DNA of 64,000 nt from Basidiobolus meristosporus CBS 931.73 (GCA_002104905.1 MCFE01000234.1:57075-121074); one strand, 5' to 3'. Counted from the first letter of the stretch, positions 14,153 to 28,029 are shown. Made by a program: numbers and translations. The notes: generated by a model from the sequence alone, not told the origin.

Positions 14153-14867
14153 CCGATAAGGGGGACTAGAGTCCAGCAGGGACAAGGAATATATTGGCTA
14201 AATACCAAAATGCTCCTTGTCAATATTCAGGAGATATTCATGGTAGAAGTGGCGCAACCAAGCATATGTTTGCAAGATGTATATGTTAGCAGTAATACAA
14301 GGTATATGACAACCTGGCAAGTATCACACTAAAAAGCAGCAAGGTCAATATCATAGAAGTATGCCAATTGTAACAGGTGTGTGTTTGTAGAGGTTAGTAA
14401 GCAGGAGGCCATGTTGACCTTTGACTCAAGCTATATGTGGGATACCCAAGGTAGTAGTGGGCAGGCAAATCAAGTGGTGTAATTCTACAGCTGAATATAT
14501 GAATTACACAAGAGGAGTTTGAAAAAGCAAATACTATTTGGTTAATTGGTACAGTAGCATTATACAGAACTAGCTGTAGTTCACCATACTGCCATGATAA
14601 TGCCATCAGAGGCTCACAAAGAGGCTGTCAAGACATCTTCATGCTTTTTGCAAGATAAGGCAATTGGATATACTGGCTAGTTAGATCCACTCAAAAAGTT
14701 GTAAAGCACACCTACACTGCAATAATGCCATGCCACCCTTGGCAAGACACTATACAAACACTGTTATATTCCTCAACTTAATTTTGTTGTAAAATTAGCA
14801 AAACACTGTTGTGATCCTGTTGTAAGATTTTGTAGATGGTCTTTAATTCCAAGCTGCGGGTACTATA

Positions 14868-15188
14868 CCCTATGAAAAATTCCAAACTTGGAATTCATAT
14901 GATTTTTAGCTGGTATTCTGCTGGTATTCTGATGGTATTTTGCCAATATTCAGCTGGTGTTTTAAGTTCAAAATTTCAATTGCAATTTCTAGTGGAAGTA
15001 ATGGGCAGCTAATTACAAAATTTGGGATGGATGCTAGTTTGCCTAGTCTCTTCCTGGAGAACTTGTTTGCTTGCCTTCCCATCAGCTCAGAACAGAGATA
15101 TTGAGGGTTGTCAATTTTGAGGAACCTGGAATTCAGCTGATACTTTGATGGTATTCTGCTGGCCTTTTCTCAATTTTTTTTCTGAGGG
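14868..15188. mobile_element. 321-bp non-autonomous CMC-type element
   Basis: Ends are CCCTATGAAAAA...TTTTTCTGAGGG with TSD ATA. Confidence 0.65.
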
Positions 15189-15265
15189 ATAGCAGTCTCA
15201 CAATAGAATCTTATCAGCTGATCTGGATTGGATCCACCTTCAGTACCAACTTATTTTTTATAGGG

Positions 15266-17100
15266 AATTTAGCACACACTCAGCAAGATGGAGTAGACAA
15301 TGGATACAGTGACAGCAGAGATTTATGTGTTCAGCTTGATGTTTGTACTATAGCAGCTCAAATCTGGTCACAAACTCTTTACACAAAAGCTGCAGATACA
15401 TCAAATTGGCATTGGTGACCTGCTCATGGATAAATATTCCTACAATGCCCATATATGACTTCTTATGCTTCCAATGTACTCTTGGTAGAAATGGCTCCAG
15501 AAGGCCACTTTGATAAATACATATCCAGTTCATCTGGTCCTTGCACTTGTGTTGTTGCATATGCATCTGAATGTTGATTAGTGCCTATGAGAAGTACTTA
15601 GGGTAGCCAATACTCTGCAATATCTTGCCAATTCTTTCAAATATCTTTATATCTCAAAGGGCTTATTTAGCTTGAAATACCCCATATACAACTTGGTCAT
15701 CAGTATAGGGATATTGTCTTAGAAGTAAGTGCTTTGCTCCCAGTGGAAGCTTTTGCTCCAACAGATACCCTCTATTTTGAGTATCTGCAGTTTTCAATTG
15801 AATCTGTGTTCTGGTTGATGACTTATAGCTTGCCAACTTTGCTTCAGTTGCATGCTTACTTTTGCACATTCTCTTTCAGGTAAGATGATATTCTTAGTGT
15901 TGGTGTTGGGGTAATAGTAATGTGTGTGAGTTATGGATCAAGACCCCTGGATTTCACATATTTGACAACAATACTATCCATTGTGCCCAGAAAAGCTGGC
16001 TGTCTTGCTGATGACTGGGGTATCTGCAATGCAGATAATAATATGTGCTTTGACATGGTGGCCATTAACTTATATCTTGCTGGAAAGTATACAAAGCTCA
16101 TCCAGCAATGGATACAGGTAGGTATCCAGATTGGATGGGGATTTAGGCCCAGATACCAGTGATACTACCATCAAATTTCTGCTCTGGTACCATAAGATAG
16201 ATGGAATATTCAGGTTGATGAGAATCAGTGCCCAGTAGGACTAGCTGGTGGCATACCTGTTTGATGAGAATCAACCAAGTACCAAGGCAAAGGCATGGTC
16301 ATATATACCTTTAAAGTAGCTCTTAGCTCTTAGCTGTTTGTAATGTTTGCCATCAAATATATTGGATATGTGTGCACTTGATTGATACTGAGTGAAGTAC
16401 TTTGTAGCTTCACAATATTTGTTGGACTGCATGAGCTTCTATAGACAGGGTATTACTAGAATATATCCGGAGTGTGAACAATGTTTCCCCTAATGGTAGT
16501 GGATTCCTGACAAGAGGGACACCTTGCAATGGTTGCATTTTCAGATGGGAATGCCATGCAACTGTTGACACATGCTGGTATCCAGACAGTCTCTGGGTGA
16601 TATGTTGCCAGCTGCATGACATTTTTCATTTATACTATGTACATGGTAAGTTGCATCCTGTGATGATCTTGGCAAGTAGTAGTAGTAGTCAGTCCCCAAA
16701 GCCCGCATTACTGATATTAGTTGAAACACACCACTTCTTGAGCCTCAACAATGCATCATTTACTAGTAGATGGATTAATGGGCTCACTTGACTACATAAA
16801 GTGTCCTTGACATTTTTTTGACAGGTGATGTCTTATTGTATATGGGATCTTGCCAGGCTTGTGCAGGGTACTGTTGTTAAGGGAGATAGGCTCCCAATCC
16901 ACCAGTGAGCCTGCTTCTTCAGAGCTATCACTCTGTAGGCCATATTCAGAAAGCAGGGGTGATACTAATGGTGTCACAAGCTCACCTGACTCAGTTTGAG
17001 CATGATGGCATTTAAGGCCAGGTGCTGTCAAAGAAGTATCAAGTGGCTGGCAAGATATTGTAGTTACAGCAGTGACTGGTGAATGGTCAAATATTTGATA
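15266..17100 (-). pseudogene. CMC transposase pseudogene, second copy
   Basis: Collinear with 3873-7140 (HMQQHKCKD..LLEPFLPRVHW, DTPVISK, VDSHQT, CMAF region) but without the LTR insertion. Confidence 0.75.
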
Positions 17101-18340
17101 TATTAGTAGAGCTAAGTGGCTTCCAAGGGCAACATTCACAGGACTCATCTAGGCAACAGTTCCAAAGTATCAGACAGAAGGTAAGTGAATATCTTGAGGA
17201 ACTCAAAGGTGAGCATCAAGAGGAAGAATACAGACCACAAGCAACAGCATCCAGATTGTGCCAGCACACCTTGCTGGATTCCTTATCATCCCTTGCAGCT
17301 TCAGCATATTGGCACACATCAGTTCAAACTATACCAACACCCTTCATAAGAGCACCATTCATCTAGGCAATATGAGTCAGGTCAACATGTGAGCTTCAGA
17401 GTCATAATCTAAACAATGAATTTTTTTTGAGATCCAAATTGAGCCATTGCAAATCAGTGATCACTAACTTTTTGATACAAGTAACATCAAGGTTGTCCCA
17501 TATTTGAGACACAACCACTAAAAAAAAATGCCCTGCATATATACATCATCTGTAACACCAGTGCAGCTATTGAATCTGTTTTGCCCCTATCTGATTGGTT
17601 CATGCTAGCTATGACACCTTGTCCAATTCATAGGACCAGGGATTTGCTTACTCAATGGGCAAAATGGGATATTTGAGGGCAAATCAGGTAGCTTGTGTAT
17701 TTGTCAAAGAGCCAATTGGGGGCTGGCAACTTCAGGATACTTTTGGAGCAATTAGCCACTGGGATACTAACTAATTGTAGTGATGGTAGCCAAAATGGAA
17801 AGTATAAGTGTATTTAAGTGTGATATGCATTTATTTCCATTTGAATTAAATAAACATATCTAAATACCAAATTTTATCTACCGTAATAGCAGTATCTGAT
17901 GGTGTATGTGATGCAAACATTACAAGTTGGCACAATGATCCATGTTAACCTCATTGTATCAGATTGTGCCATAGTGTGCAAGACTATCCCACATGGTGCA
18001 GAATTGCCCAAGAGCAATTCTGCCTACTAGTTGCTACAATATTGTGCCCAATTGCTCTTAAGGACCGCAGATTGTGCTGCTTGCCCTGGCATGGTGCAAT
18101 AGAACAAGTCTACAGTGTAGTTCCACTCAAGTTGCAATCAGCTAAAGTAGCAGTGTAAAACCTAGCATTGATAAAAACCACTGGCTACCTCAGGAGCCCC
18201 TCACAACATGGGCTGAGAGCTTGAAACAATCAGGAAAGAAGCTTCAGATTGCCTACTGAGTTCCAGCAGGGCCAAGCAGGCCAATTCAAATGCATTAGAG
18301 CAGCATTAATCAAGGAGAAAATGTAGTTCAATACAAAAAG

Positions 18341-19380
18341 TGTGGTAATGGAAAGTATTCCATTACTACAATATCTCTAAACCAATATTGCACTCATTTC
18401 TTTATTTTGCTTTTTGCTATTGTAGCACACAGGTGAAAGATCAAGAATTTACAACTTTGGAGGTCAAATGCCCCAGACCCTGGCAAGCAATTCACCCAAG
18501 AATATTATATACTACAGAACACATAGTAGCCAACACATGTTTCAAATTACAGCTCATTTGAAGCAGTACTTAAGGAGTTATGACCAAAAGAGTCCAACTA
18601 TTTTATATACTATGCCTTATTGCTAGGATTACTATGGTGACTTAGATCTTGTGTAACTTTGGAACTAGCCAATCAAATCACGTGATAATTTCACAAGTGC
18701 TGCGCCCATGTCTGAGCTGCACCACTGCAAACTTTTAGCCTTGTATTGCATGTATTGCTTGTGCAATTTCCCAAGAACTTTGATCCTTCAGAATTTTTAT
18801 ATATATGACTTCCCCAGCTGAAAAAATAAGGGAGCCGCTCTTTCCAGAATCCCCACACTACAATTACAAGTTTAAGGGTTATAATACTTCCCCTGCATCA
18901 CTTGCACTGTTGAGTATTATGACTTTGATTGGTACTACATCAGTAAAATGGCTGCAAAGCTCACAAGCATCCAATCTAAGTTCTACAAGAAACTACCACT
19001 TTTCTGTTGGAAAAGTTCCCTCTAGGAAACCCCTTTACTCTAAAGACACCCCTTTAGGTTAACAGGGAGTTCAGAATTTGCATATTAAGAAATATTTTTT
19101 TAGAAAGGAAAGTGACTTCCAAATAAGGAAAAGCTACTATAAAAGTAAACAAGCCCATTGGTTGACAGAAGGTCAGAACACTGCTGTAGAAGTGATAAAC
19201 ACTGCCTACAGTATATTTTGAGCTAAAGATTGGGGAAACTAGTGAAAGTTATATCTTCTATCAGTATATCAAACTCCCAATAAACTATTTCAGTATTAGT
19301 ATACTGGAAGTTGTTGTATATTGTTGATTAGCCTCTACATTGTAGAACAAGCCCCAAACTAATCATAATACAACACAACA
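18341..19380. mobile_element. Solo LTR, family A, copy 3 (1040 bp)
   Basis: Same termini, TSD aaag/gaag. It sits in the CMC second-ORF region, which ends near 20456 (CATAGAG). Confidence 0.85.
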
Positions 19381-21959
19381 GAAGCACTCAGACAAAGTAG
19401 CAGTGAAAGATCTGGCAGTCAAGAAGGAAAAGGTAAAAGGAAAAAAGTCTACCAAGGCCAGTGATATGCAAGGGTAAGACAAAAGCTGCAGTTCTTGCTA
19501 ATTAATACCATGAGCCTGGAACAGGCTGAATCCCATTATAACCAAGAAGAATTACCAACAAGAAAGCAGCTGTTTTCACAAGAGTTGGAAGTGCAGCTAG
19601 TTAAGCTACACTCCAGTGAGGTAGATGAGTTTGCATAGAAAGGCAATTTGTCTACTGCAACCTCCATGTCCTCCATTGCTGACAGAGTGGAGATCCCACT
19701 GGCAGACAAAGTAAAAGCATCAAGAACTCAAACAGTTATCACAATGCCTTCAGTAGAATTTTGGAACATTAAATGGCACACTAAGTGGGTGCAGCACTTC
19801 TTCAAGAGCAGTGGTCAAGAAAACACTCTGGAATATTGTAAGAATTTACTGCAAAGACTGGCAGATGAGGTGCTAGACCTTGCAGTACTGGCTGAAGACC
19901 AGGATGTATGGGAACCAGTGGATGAACTGTGGTATAAGGCTGTAGGGTTAATGCCAAAGTCATGGAAAAGAGCATTACAGCACAAATACTTAATGAGTGG
20001 CTGATCTTAATGGAGTTACTTGTTAGATGCAGGGTTGGGCTTAATGTTAGTAGAGTGTATAGAGACTTGCATAGGTCAGGACAGTTGGCAATTCAGGTAC
20101 AATCAAAGCTACAATGGAAATAAATTAATTTTTATGCATTCAAAGTAAGAGAAATGGTTAAGGCATGAAGTACAGAGTGAGAAAAGAGGCAATAGCCAAT
20201 CAATGCAAACAAATGTAGGAGGTGATAGAGTGTCTGGAATCAAAAAGTGAGAATATTGGCCGAAAACCAATCAAATGCCACTTTTTTAATGTTGTGATGC
20301 GGAGTTTTGCCCAAGTTTTTTGTGAAATCTGGGGTGCCATTATCTTTGAACAGTCTTTGCATGTTGTCCTGAATGGATCAATATCTCTTAGTCACATGGC
20401 TTTAAATTTGTGAGTGTCTTTTAAAGGGATCATCACAATAATTTCTCATAGAGTAGACAAGTATTGAAGTCAAATATGAGCTCACAGTGAGGAGATTTGA
20501 TGAGGAAGCTGTACACAATTTGCACAGTACAGACAGGATGCATTGCTATGTGCCTCAACTTTGATAACCAAGGAGATTTGGAATGAGCCTTTGCCCCAAA
20601 TGAGACCCTATACATGAGTGCCATGCTCTGGGTCAATGTGTGTTGCATCAGCACAAGTAGCTCAGAGCAAAACAACCAGAACCTGCCAAGCTGCTTATTA
20701 GACATGAGTCCATTAGAGCAGGCCAAGTGGCATCAACAAGTGGCATTGCATTGAACTCAGCCAAGGGTCATGCCAGCACATAAAGTTGTGGCTGCACATG
20801 CTGTTGTACCTGACCATCATCAAGTTACTTCTGGTTAGCTGATTGACAATGACCAACTGGAAGTGCCACTTCAGACAAGTTCTGTAACATCATCTGGAGC
20901 AATTCAGTGTGGCCAAGCTCCATCACTACCCTCATCAATTAGGAGGCCAAATACTTACTACAAGTACACAAGTAGCCAAGATGATAGTCAAAAAGGAAGT
21001 AGTTTAGTGGTGCAGAGTAAATCACTACCAAATGCTTCAGTATCAATCCCTGTGAGAATAAAACCTGGGAGAAGATAATGCAATTGTGTTGAATTGCTAT
21101 CATTTGTCAGGATCCTAACAGCCCATATTCCATTGTCAGCCTACCTTTGGACTATTTCATTAACTAAGTGTTAACATAAATGCAGAATTGGGTATTGCCA
21201 CTTCCATGTTGACTCACCAGGTGGGGTTTTTAACATACCAACATATTGTGGAATAGTGCAGAAAATGTTTCTTAGAATGGATTTCTTTCTTTCTATGGCT
21301 AGCTTAGTATCCAATTTGACTGATTGAAAATGTGACTGAAATGTTGGGGTTGACTCCTTTTCTTCTGGTTGGGGTGAGATAATATCTGGAATCCTATTCA
21401 TTAGGGGTGGCTGAGACTTAGTGATTCCAGGATAGGAAATAAGTAGTTTGTGGCTTCTTTGAGGTGTTTCCTCACTTGTTTGACTTTTTGGTGATGCCTT
21501 TGCATTCACTGATGAAATGATAGCATTTTCCATGAAGCTCACATTACTTGTGGCAGTTGACCTCTTCTTGGTCACAGGACTGGCCTTCTTTCCAGTTATT
21601 GCAGGATTTTAGTGCAGTAAATTAACTAAGTTGCTGTTGTAGGAGTCTTGGAGATTTTGGAAGTGACTGGGAGGACAAGTAAATTATATAGTTTTCACTT
21701 AATGATTCATTGAATATAAAAGTAGTATTTACACTTTTACATGGTCTTGGCATAACAAACACATAAAATAGCTTAAAAAAGGTCCCAAGAACCGGTAAGT
21801 ATTTTAAGTAAGTCCCAACAAGGCATTTGGTCAGTATTCTCTAGGATTTGAAGACAATAATCTAAGTGACTTAGTTAGGTGAAAATTTAGGTGGAGTTAC
21901 AAACTTTTAAAACACTCCCACTCAGCTAAATGTTCATTCTGACTATTCCTAATTTTGAC

Positions 21960-24900
21960 CTAAGATATTCAAACTTGTCTCTATCAAATGGTTTGGTAAA
22001 TATTTCTGCAATCATTTCATCTGAAGGACAGTAAACCAAGCTAACTAAGTTATTCTCTATTGCTTCACATATGAAATGATGTCTAATATCTATGTGCTTA
22101 GTTCTAGCATGAAAAGTTGGATTTCTACCTAATTGTATGCATCCTTGATCATCTTGAAATAAAGTAGTATGCGTCTTTTGTCACAGGCCTAAATCTGTAA
22201 AAAGCTTTCTTAACCACATTGCATCTTTTGTAGCTTCACAGGCTGCTATATATTCTGCCTCTGTGGTAGAAAGTGCAGTGGTTGGCTGGTTTCTTGAATT
22301 CCATGAAATTGCTCCTTATCAGTAAAGAAAGGTGTATCCTGTAGCAGATCTTTTGTTATGTAAATTTTGTTCCCAATCAGCATCAGAGTATCCCACAAGA
22401 TCCTGTTCTTAATCCTTATAAGTGTATCTTAAGCAGATATCATTGGTTCTGTTTAGGTATCTAAAAATCTGCTTAACTGCTGCAATATGATTAGATCTTT
22501 AGTTCTGATTATGCTTGCTGACAACTCCCACTGAGTATGAGATATCTGGACATGTTCTAAGCATGATATACATCAGACTGCCAACCATAGATTGATAAGG
22601 AAAGTCAAGGCATTCAGATGGCACCAAGCTCTCTTGATTTGGTTGAGTTTTGACCAAATTAAGGTTTGTCTTTATTGAGGTAGCTGCTGGTTTACAGTCT
22701 TCTATTTGGTACTTCTTTAGTTTAACTTGAATATACTTGGACTGGCTTTAGGTAATAGTCTGGGTACTTCTGCCACTGGAGAACTTAATCCCTAAGTAGT
22801 AACTGAGTTCTCCTAGATCAGACATCTTGAACTCCTTTGATAGACTGGATTTAGTCTCTTCCAATGTTTCTAGGTTATTGGGGTCTATAATAAGATCATC
22901 CACATATCAAACTAATAGAACTGAATTTGCTCTATCTGGCTTATAGTATATACTATAGGCAGCTTTACTCCTTTCAAAACTCAAAGATTCTAAATAAGAA
23001 TCTATCATGCAATTCCAGGCTCTTGGTGATTGTTTAAGACCATAGAGAGACTTTTTAAGCTTGCAGACCAAATAAGGGCTAGCTTGGTCAGCAAACCCAT
23101 CAGGCTGGACAATATACATGTCCTCATCAAGTTCTCCATTCAACATGCAGCTTTTATATCCATTTAATAGACTTGTTCTGTTGGATAGTACCACATTGAG
23201 CCATGAGTGACAAATGATGCCATAGTGTGCCAGGGAGGCCCAGTGAATCTATACTTGGCCACAGAGAGTGAAGCATAGCTCTGCATCTGCATGCAAAGCA
23301 GCCCCTTTGCTTCACGCATTGTGTTAGAGAAAATCCATTTTTGACCCTTTTTTTTAGGTCAATGTTGTGAAGGATTTGCAAGAGCATAAAAGGATTGAAG
23401 ATACACATCTGGTACTCAACACCTATGGCACTCTGAATCTAGCTCCTGTGGCTTGTAACATGGCACAAAAATGTGTGGCTCTATCTTGGTCCACTGGTAC
23501 TATCTGGTACTATATTTAATTATTAGCCCTAAAGTAAGATCTATACAAAGCACTTTAGTGCCAGATAGTACCAGTGGACCAAGATAGAGCCATGCATTTT
23601 TGTGCCATGTTACAAGCCACAGGAGCTAGATTCAGAGTGCCATAGGTGTTGAGTACCAGATACATGTCTTGAGTTCTTCTGTGTTCTTACACATCCTGCA
23701 CATCATTGATCCACAAAATAACATCAAAAAATGGATTTTCTCCTGCATCATAGGTGAAACACAGGGGCTGCTTTGCATGCAGATGCAGAGCTATGTCTCA
23801 CACTCTGTGGCAAAGTATAGGCTCACTTGGCCTCTCTGGCGCACTGTGGCATCTTTTGGCACTCATGGCTCAATGCAGCACTATCCAACAGGACAAGTCT
23901 AATGAGTAAAAAACTCATATTTGGCTGCCATAACCTATATTAATCTGATGGAATTGAACTTGGCTACCGGTGCAAAGGTCTCAGTATAGTCAAGTCCTTT
24001 TGTTTGATAGTATGCTATGGCCACAAGTCTTGCTTTGTACCTTTCAATTGTACCAACAGCCTTGTATTTTGTCTTGAAGACCCATATGCATGCAATTGAT
24101 ATTTGGTTGATAGGTAATTTGACCAAGTCCCAAGTGTGATTCACCATAAGGGCCTGATATTCCTCAGTCATTGCAGATCTCCAAAACTTTGTCTGAGGGC
24201 TATTTGGGGCCTCTTTAACAGTCTGGGGCTCATCAATATGGACTGAATAGGCATAGGCAAGCTTGTACCCTCATTGATATAGTAATTTGGGCTATTTCTT
24301 GTCCAATTCAATCTCCAGGCTTTTGAAACTGGAATGATCACTTCTGGAATATTCCTGGGCACTGCTTCAGGCTGAACCACAGTTGAAGAGTCCTCTGGAG
24401 TGAAAAATTTCATTGTTTTGCTCTGAGTCAGTCCTGACAGTTGGTGGACTTGAAACCAGATTTTTGTCATCATCTTGTGTCATATTTGGCAAACATTTTG
24501 AATATTCATCAAACAACACATCCATGAGCTTGATCAGCTTCTTTGCTTGGGTATTGTAGAGTTTGTATGCTTTACGCTCTTTGCAGTAGCCTCAAAATAT
24601 GCACTTTATACTTTTTGGCTTAAATATTGACTGATCTCTGGACAGTTTCTTGGCATATGCTGTACACCCAAATATTCTTAGATGTTCTGCACTTGGTCTG
24701 TATCAATACCATGCTTCAACTGAGGTAGAATCACAAAGTATTCTGTTATAAATCCTATTTTTAAGGTTTGCAGCTGTGGCAACTGATTCTGCCCAAAAAT
24801 TGTAGGATAATTTTTAATCATGGATCATAGATCTTACCATATTGGTTATTAGTCTGTTTGCGCATTCTGCTACTCTGCTTTACTGCGGGGAGTATAGTAC

Positions 24901-26495
24901 AGTGGTCTCTTGCTTTATCTCATGGATTTTGTAGATATGGATGAGGAGTTTTGAGGTATATTCTCAACCATTGTCAGAGCATATTTTCTTGTTTTTCTCA
25001 CCAGTTTCTCTCTCTACCATGGCATTAGACTCCCTGAGCTTAGACACAGCTTCTTCCTTTCTCTCTGCAAAGTGGACCCACATGTATCTTGTGTTGTCAT
25101 CAATAAAAGTGATTAAACACTTCATTCTGCCTAAGGGTAAATTTTGCATAGGTCCACACAGATCTGAGTGAATCAGATCTAATATTTTCTTAGTTTTGAT
25201 TGATGCAGTGCTCTTGAACAGCTGTCTGGCTTGTTTCCCATATATTCCGGCTTCACAGTGCTCCAAATTAGCTGGGGGGCAATTTTTACTCAGGAAACTA
25301 GCTGATCCTTGACCATTTTGCACATATAAACATAATTGATGTGTCCAAGTCTCCTGTGCCAAAGAATTGATGCTTCTTCATTCAAGTTACTTATATTGGC
25401 TTCAAGATATGATGGAATGTAAGTCAACTTATATAGATTTTGATCACTGATATCCAAAGCAATATGAGCACCACTTTGATCAGTGATCCTGCATCCAGAA
25501 TTGTCATAGCTGAAACTGAGTCCTTATGCTGTTGCCTTGCTTACAGATAGTAGGATCTTGGCTATTTCTGGTACATAGAGTACTTCTTTAAAAGTCAGTG
25601 TATGGCTTCCTTCAGTGCTTTAAAGATTTACTAGGATAGTTCCTTCTCCCACTACATCAAGTGTTCCATGGTCACCCATGAAAACCTTTTTAATTGGAAT
25701 TTCTTGATATTGGGTAGAAAGTTCTTTTTGGTGTGTCAAGTGTTGAGATGCTCCAGAGTCAGTATGCCACATTTGAGAATTCTTGTTTGTGGTCATATTT
25801 AGTGCAGATATGAACAGTCTATCTTCAGTTGTTGCAGCATTTCCATATTCATGCTTTTTCTGCTGACTATCACTCTTTTTCAACCACCGGTCTGATGTGT
25901 GTCCATTCCTTTTGCAGTAGTTGCAAATCAGGTTACTATTGCCTTTGTAAGGTCTTGGGTATCTCCTAGGTTGATTATCATTACTTATTAAAGCATTTTC
26001 TTCTTCCTTCTTATTCATGCTTAATTTTCTTAATTCTTTATCCATGAGCCTTCCATATACATAGTTTAAGGTCAAATCTTCAGTTCTGGACTCTAAAGCT
26101 AATACAAGGCCCTGAAGCTTGTCTGTCAGGCTATTCAGGATGGTTACTACCACATCCTCTTCAGTAGTTGTGAGGTCCACAGATTCCATCTCATCCACCA
26201 GCAGGGTATTTCTGTTAATTAGATTTTTCATTTTTTCTCCTGGCAGCATCTTTGTAGTAAAGAATTTTTGTCTAAGATACATTTTCTTGGCACCTGAACA
26301 TGACTGATTGGTGTCTTCTAATGCTTTCCAGGCATTCTTTGCTCTTTTTGCTCTATTTGTCCTTGACATTAAGGCATATGCAGTTAAAGGCACTTGGTTT
26401 ATAACCAAGTTAGATCCATCCAACTTTTCAGCAGAGGGGAAAATTCCAGTAATAGCAGTAGTAGACATTGCACAGAGTGGCAGCTTGGGGCTCAT
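21960..26495 (-). pseudogene. Copia gag-pol pseudogene
   Basis: Motifs: EKLDGSN; CNYCKRNGH (broken zinc knuckle); WHTDSGAS (protease); LIHSDLCGPM (integrase); NHTWDLV, RYKARLVA, LKKSLYGLKQSPRAWN, YVDD (RT); GYSDADW and TKHIDIRHHFI (RNase H). Confidence 0.9.
23169..23900. mobile_element. Foldback element, copy 3, inserted in the Copia RT
   Basis: Same termini, TSD AAT. Removing it restores the H(Q/*)MD RT motif. Confidence 0.9.
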
Positions 26496-26499
26496 AACT
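26488..26499 (-). other. Copia primer-binding site, half-tRNA-iMet type
   Basis: Minus strand reads (A/G)GTTATGAGCCC directly after the LTR. A perfect GGTTATGAGCCC copy is at 27671-27682. Confidence 0.8.
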
Positions 26500-26909
26500 T
26501 ATTGTAAGAGTCTTGTAGGAATTGGAAGTGATTAGGAGCACAAGTAGATTATGTGGTTCTCACTTAATTATTTGTTGAATGCAAAAGTAGTATTTATACT
26601 TTTACATGGTTGTGGCATAACAGATGCATAGAACAAGTTTGGAAAGATCCCAAGAACATGTGCGCAAAGCTTGGGGCTGTTTGGACAGCTTTAGGAATTT
26701 TCTTTTTTTGGATACCAGATATTTTGGTGAAAATATTCCAAGTAGATCCTAACAAGGAGCTTGGTCTGTATTATGTCAAATATGTAGGGAGTGATCCAAG
26801 TGACTAAGTTAGATGGCTTTTTAGGTGGAATTACAAGGTTTTATAACAATATGAACTTTACATGGTCCTGGCAAAACTAACATGATGAATATGTTGAGAA
26901 AGTTCCCAA

Positions 26910-28029
26910 TGTTGCAATATTTTGAGGAGTATTAGAAGCAATGTGGAGAACTAGAGGATTTACATGTTATTCACTTGTAGATTTATTGATCAAAAGTATG
27001 GTATTTATACTTTGGATAAAGTAGAGCAAACAAATGTATATAATTTGTTAACAAAGGTTGCAGCAATATGCGGGCAAAGTTTGGGGGCTTTTGCAGAACT
27101 TTGAGAAAGATCATAATCTGGGTACCTGATAATTTAGTGGAAATATTCCAAGTATATCCCAACAAGAAATTTGGTCAGAATTCTCAAAGATTTGTAGGTA
27201 TTGATCTATTTGACTAAGTTGGGTAAATATTTAGGTGGAATTACAAGTTTTTACAACACCTTCTAGGATTAACCTTTGATTCACTTGGCTTCTTTAGATA
27301 CTTGTTATTTTTGTATCCTAGAGAAAACTGCAATAATACCTGTTAATGGCTTAACTGAGCCAAAGGGACAATCAAGTGCGGAATTTTTACAACAGTAATA
27401 GCAGTAGTGTACACTCCAAGAGTGACAGCTTGGAGCTTTCAACCAGTTGTAAGAGTTTGGAAGACACTTGAAATGACTGGGAGAACAAGTACATTATGTG
27501 AATTTCACTTAATGATTTGTTAAATGGATAAGTGGTATTTATACTGTTACATAGCCCTGGCAAAACAAACACCCACTATATTTGAATTCATGGTCCTGGC
27601 AAAACTAACACATACTATGTTCAAGATATCACTAATAACAGTAGTAGACATTGCAGAGAGTGACAGCCCAGGGCTCATAACCTGTTGCAAGAGTCTTGGA
27701 GATATTGGAAGTGATTGGGAGAAGAAGTTGATAATGTGGTTTTCACTTGATGATTTATTAAATGTACAAGTGATGTGTGTACTTTTACATAGTCTTGGCA
27801 AAACCAACATGTCAAATATGTTTAGAACGATCTCAAGAGCATGTGTGCATAGTTTGGGGCTGTTTAGAAAACTTCAAGAAACTTGATGTTCTGGGTACCG
27901 GATATTTTGGTGAGATATTCCGAGTCACTCTCCACCAGGAATTCGGGTGGAATTCTCCAAGATTTGTAGACTATGATGTTAGTGACCAAGTGAAGTGAGT
28001 ATTTAGGAGTAATCAAGAAATTCACAACA
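26910..28029 (-). repeat. Cluster of additional Copia LTRs (26910-27258, partial ~27445-27600, 27683-28029)
   Basis: Homologous to the LTRs at 21635 and 26500, with TG..CA ends. Two are followed by PBS and gag-start remnants. Confidence 0.75.

Larger units (their letters stand above)
11925..15265 (+). mobile_element. Internally deleted CMC element inserted in inverted orientation into the host transposase
   Basis: Ends are CCCTATTGG...TTTATAGGG. The host sequence aggcccaatat resumes as the LLHL region at 15266. TSD is imperfect (tat/aat). Confidence 0.65.
2169..17100 (-). mobile_element. Older CMC/EnSpm-type host element, repeatedly interrupted; right boundary approximate
   Basis: Starts CCCTACAAAAAGTAATT, homologous to the end at 2703. 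Its sequence resumes after each nested insertion (10009, 10882, 11600, 15266) and continues into transposase remnants at 15266-17100. Confidence 0.55.
21635..26848 (-). mobile_element. Decayed Ty1/Copia LTR retrotransposon
   Basis: LTRs at 21635-21914 and 26500-26848 (TG..CA), PPT at 21915-21927, PBS at 26488-26499. Domain order is gag-PR-INT-RT-RH. Confidence 0.9.

Noticed and set aside
20700-21630. 134-aa ORF and neighbours in a CpG-depleted stretch
   Set aside because: Probably a decayed repeat. No recognisable domain or termini.
1-28000. RIP as the cause of transposon decay
   Set aside because: CA and TG are abundant and the missing dinucleotide is CG, which fits 5mCpG deamination. A computed index is needed to exclude RIP fully.
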